From Candidatus Uhrbacteria bacterium (GTDB lineage Bacteria > Patescibacteriota > Patescibacteriia > JACQRZ01), in contig JAHFHK010000005.1 in the NCBI GenBank assembly GCA_023246955.1, positions 1 through 40,235 on the forward strand: DNA of 40,235 nt, given 5' to 3'. The notes under the pieces are model-generated. The model did no database searches. It saw only the letters and a list, made by a program, of their open reading frames with translations, and had not been told where the DNA came from. Shown here piece after piece: positions 38,497-40,235 of this stretch. A program made the position numbers and the translations under genes. The first letter of the stretch is position 1; each line of letters begins with the position of its first letter.

Positions 38497-38928
38497 ATGA
38501 AAACCACTAATACATATCATCTCCCGATCAATCTCAGTCTTGTTACCTCTATTCAATCAGATTCAAAGGCTCACGTTGGCGATCTTATTTATTCCATTGA
38601 TTATGACGCACCAGAGGGAACTCCAGTTTTTGCGGCGTTCGATGGTACCGTTACTGAGGTCAAGGATGATTCGAGTAGAGGAGGAGATGATCCTGTTTTT
38701 GACGATGATGGCAACTATATTGCGATGCTCCATGACAACAACGAGGTGTCTTGGTATGAGCATCTTCGCTTTCAATCCTCAAAAGTAGCGGTGGGTGATA
38801 GGGTGGTCGCTGGGCATATTATTGCCGAGGTGGGGAATACGGGCTGGAGTGAATGTCCCCATTTACACTTCATGGTATATCCAAATGGTCTGGAGTATAA
38901 AACGTTGGAGATAGAGTTTGCACTATAG
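38497..38928 (+). CDS. M23-family metallopeptidase (catalytic domain only)
   Basis: H...SIDY, GTPVFAAFDG, GNY, YEHL, GNTGWSECPHLHF. Confidence 0.9.
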   Translation: MKTTNTYHLPINLSLVTSIQSDSKAHVGDLIYSIDYDAPEGTPVFAAFDGTVTEVKDDSSRGGDDPVFDDDGNYIAMLHDNNEVSWYEHLRFQSSKVAVGDRVVAGHIIAEVGNTGWSECPHLHFMVYPNGLEYKTLEIEFAL

Positions 38929-38953
38929 CCCTATACTTGGTAATAAAAAAATT

Positions 38954-39379
38954 ATGAAATATAACGGAAAGAGAAACCGGGCGTCCGGGGTTATTATCCA
39001 CGAGAACCGCGTACTGCTTATGCATAGGATTAATAGCCACGAAGGAGGAAGAGAATATTACACTACTCTTGGTGGTGGAGTGGAGGATGATGAAGATATT
39101 ATTGAAGCCGTCGTGAGGGAGGTATATGAAGAGAGTATGGTTACTGTCAAGGTAGGGGAGCTTATTTTGGAACATGAAACTGAAGGTCAGAATCAGTACT
39201 ATTATATCTGTGACTATGTTTCAGGGGAGCCGGGTCTATGGGTCGATGGTCCAGAATATGCTAAGCATCAGACTGGCGATATCCATGAACCTGTTTGGGT
39301 TCCTTTTGCTGAAATAAAGAATATAAATCTTCTTCCGATCGAGATTAAGGATGTGCTGGTAGATCGCTTTGGATCTTAA
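38954..39379 (+). CDS. NUDIX hydrolase (copy 2)
   Basis: Nudix box GGGVEDDEDIIEAVVREVYEES; 124/141 aa identical to copy 1 by hand count. Confidence 0.88.
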   Translation: MKYNGKRNRASGVIIHENRVLLMHRINSHEGGREYYTTLGGGVEDDEDIIEAVVREVYEESMVTVKVGELILEHETEGQNQYYYICDYVSGEPGLWVDGPEYAKHQTGDIHEPVWVPFAEIKNINLLPIEIKDVLVDRFGS

Positions 39380-39489
39380 TTGGGTTAAGTAGCGTGGTGT
39401 TCAATGGTAGTCTTTTTTCATCGTCAACCACCCCTTTATTATGGTATAATGCATTCTACTTTTTAATTTTATATGACCCCCATAGTTTT

Positions 39490-39939
39490 ATGATTACTAT
39501 ACTTCTTCTTTCTCTTGTAGGTGCGCTCCTGGCTGCGGTTGTTGGTACTCTTTGGTATTCCAATGCCACCCCGATGGGAAAGATTCACATGCAGTACCTT
39601 GGGTTTGATGCATTATCCAAAGAGGAGCAGGCTAAGAAGATGAAAGAGGCGAAGCCGAAGATGCTGAAGATGTATGTATCACAAATAGCACTTTCGTTCC
39701 TTACAGCATTCGCAGTGGTCTTTATCGTTACTATGAGTGTAAAAAATGGCGTGTCGTTAGGGCTCGCTATCGGGTTCGTGGCTATGAACTGGCTCTGTTT
39801 CGTGGTACCTACTATTGGCTCAGGGATACTCTGGAGTAACTGCGACAGAAAGATTGTTTGGAAGAAATTCTTTTCCGATATACTCTCAAATCTCGTTACG
39901 GTGCTATTGATTGCATTGATGGCTAGCTTCTTTGTATAG
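39490..39939 (+). CDS. DUF1761-like membrane protein
   Basis: VVGTLWYS...MGK pattern and four TM helices. Confidence 0.75.
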   Translation: MITILLLSLVGALLAAVVGTLWYSNATPMGKIHMQYLGFDALSKEEQAKKMKEAKPKMLKMYVSQIALSFLTAFAVVFIVTMSVKNGVSLGLAIGFVAMNWLCFVVPTIGSGILWSNCDRKIVWKKFFSDILSNLVTVLLIALMASFFV

Positions 39940-40235
39940 AGGGCCAAAACCTCTCGCAGATCCTAAAAAAGAAGATAATAGGCAAATCCTTATTTTATGG
40001 GTCAATCAAAACTTGTTATATCAGAAACAGATACTAGGTCTCGTGAGCAGTCTCTTGTAAAAAATACCCAGAGGCATTCTTTTGATCCAAGAAAAAATAG
40101 TGGCTTCAGAAGCGTATTTCCTAATCCTGTCGCAGCCCGTAATCGTAATCGTCCCAAGACAGATTCGCGGTAGCTCTCTAGCTTTATTCGCTCCTCCTTG
40201 CTAATCTGCCCGTGGGACATACGTATACCGGAAAT

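Noticed and set aside
1-40235. Alternative genetic code (UGA=Gly, as in Gracilibacteria)
   Set aside because: Conserved genes are full length under the standard code, and dnaG ends at TGA overlapping the rpoD start.

Overview
Bacterial chromosomal window read with the standard genetic code. I infer a Patescibacteria/CPR (Parcubacteria-like) source from the gene repertoire, the AT-rich start regions without Shine-Dalgarno (SD) sequences and the Lys-rich RpoD N-terminus. Bases 1-30071 are mostly core genes: TMEM175 channel, SIMPL, VanW, a redox/dNTP cluster (glutaredoxin, an unannotated 50-aa Cys-rich peptide, trxB, FMN reductase, nrdAB), DedA, rmuC, tRNA-Ser(GGA), a ~2100-aa surface protein, sufCBDSU plus a SufT-like gene, bcp and dnaG-rpoD. 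The most unusual structure follows rpoD. A duplicated 5' half of tRNA-Asn carries an 18-bp perfect palindrome in its D-loop and is followed by a small GIY-YIG nuclease whose stop codon lies inside the intact tRNA-Asn(GTT). Downstream is a ~10-kb run of short accessory genes containing degenerate tRNA-Asn 3'-end copies, each with a terminator, gene-sized duplications (two NUDIX genes, a PNPOx fragment) and a block of SD-led genes. I saw no integrase, CRISPR array or rRNA. All calls come from reading the sequence by eye; no searches were run.
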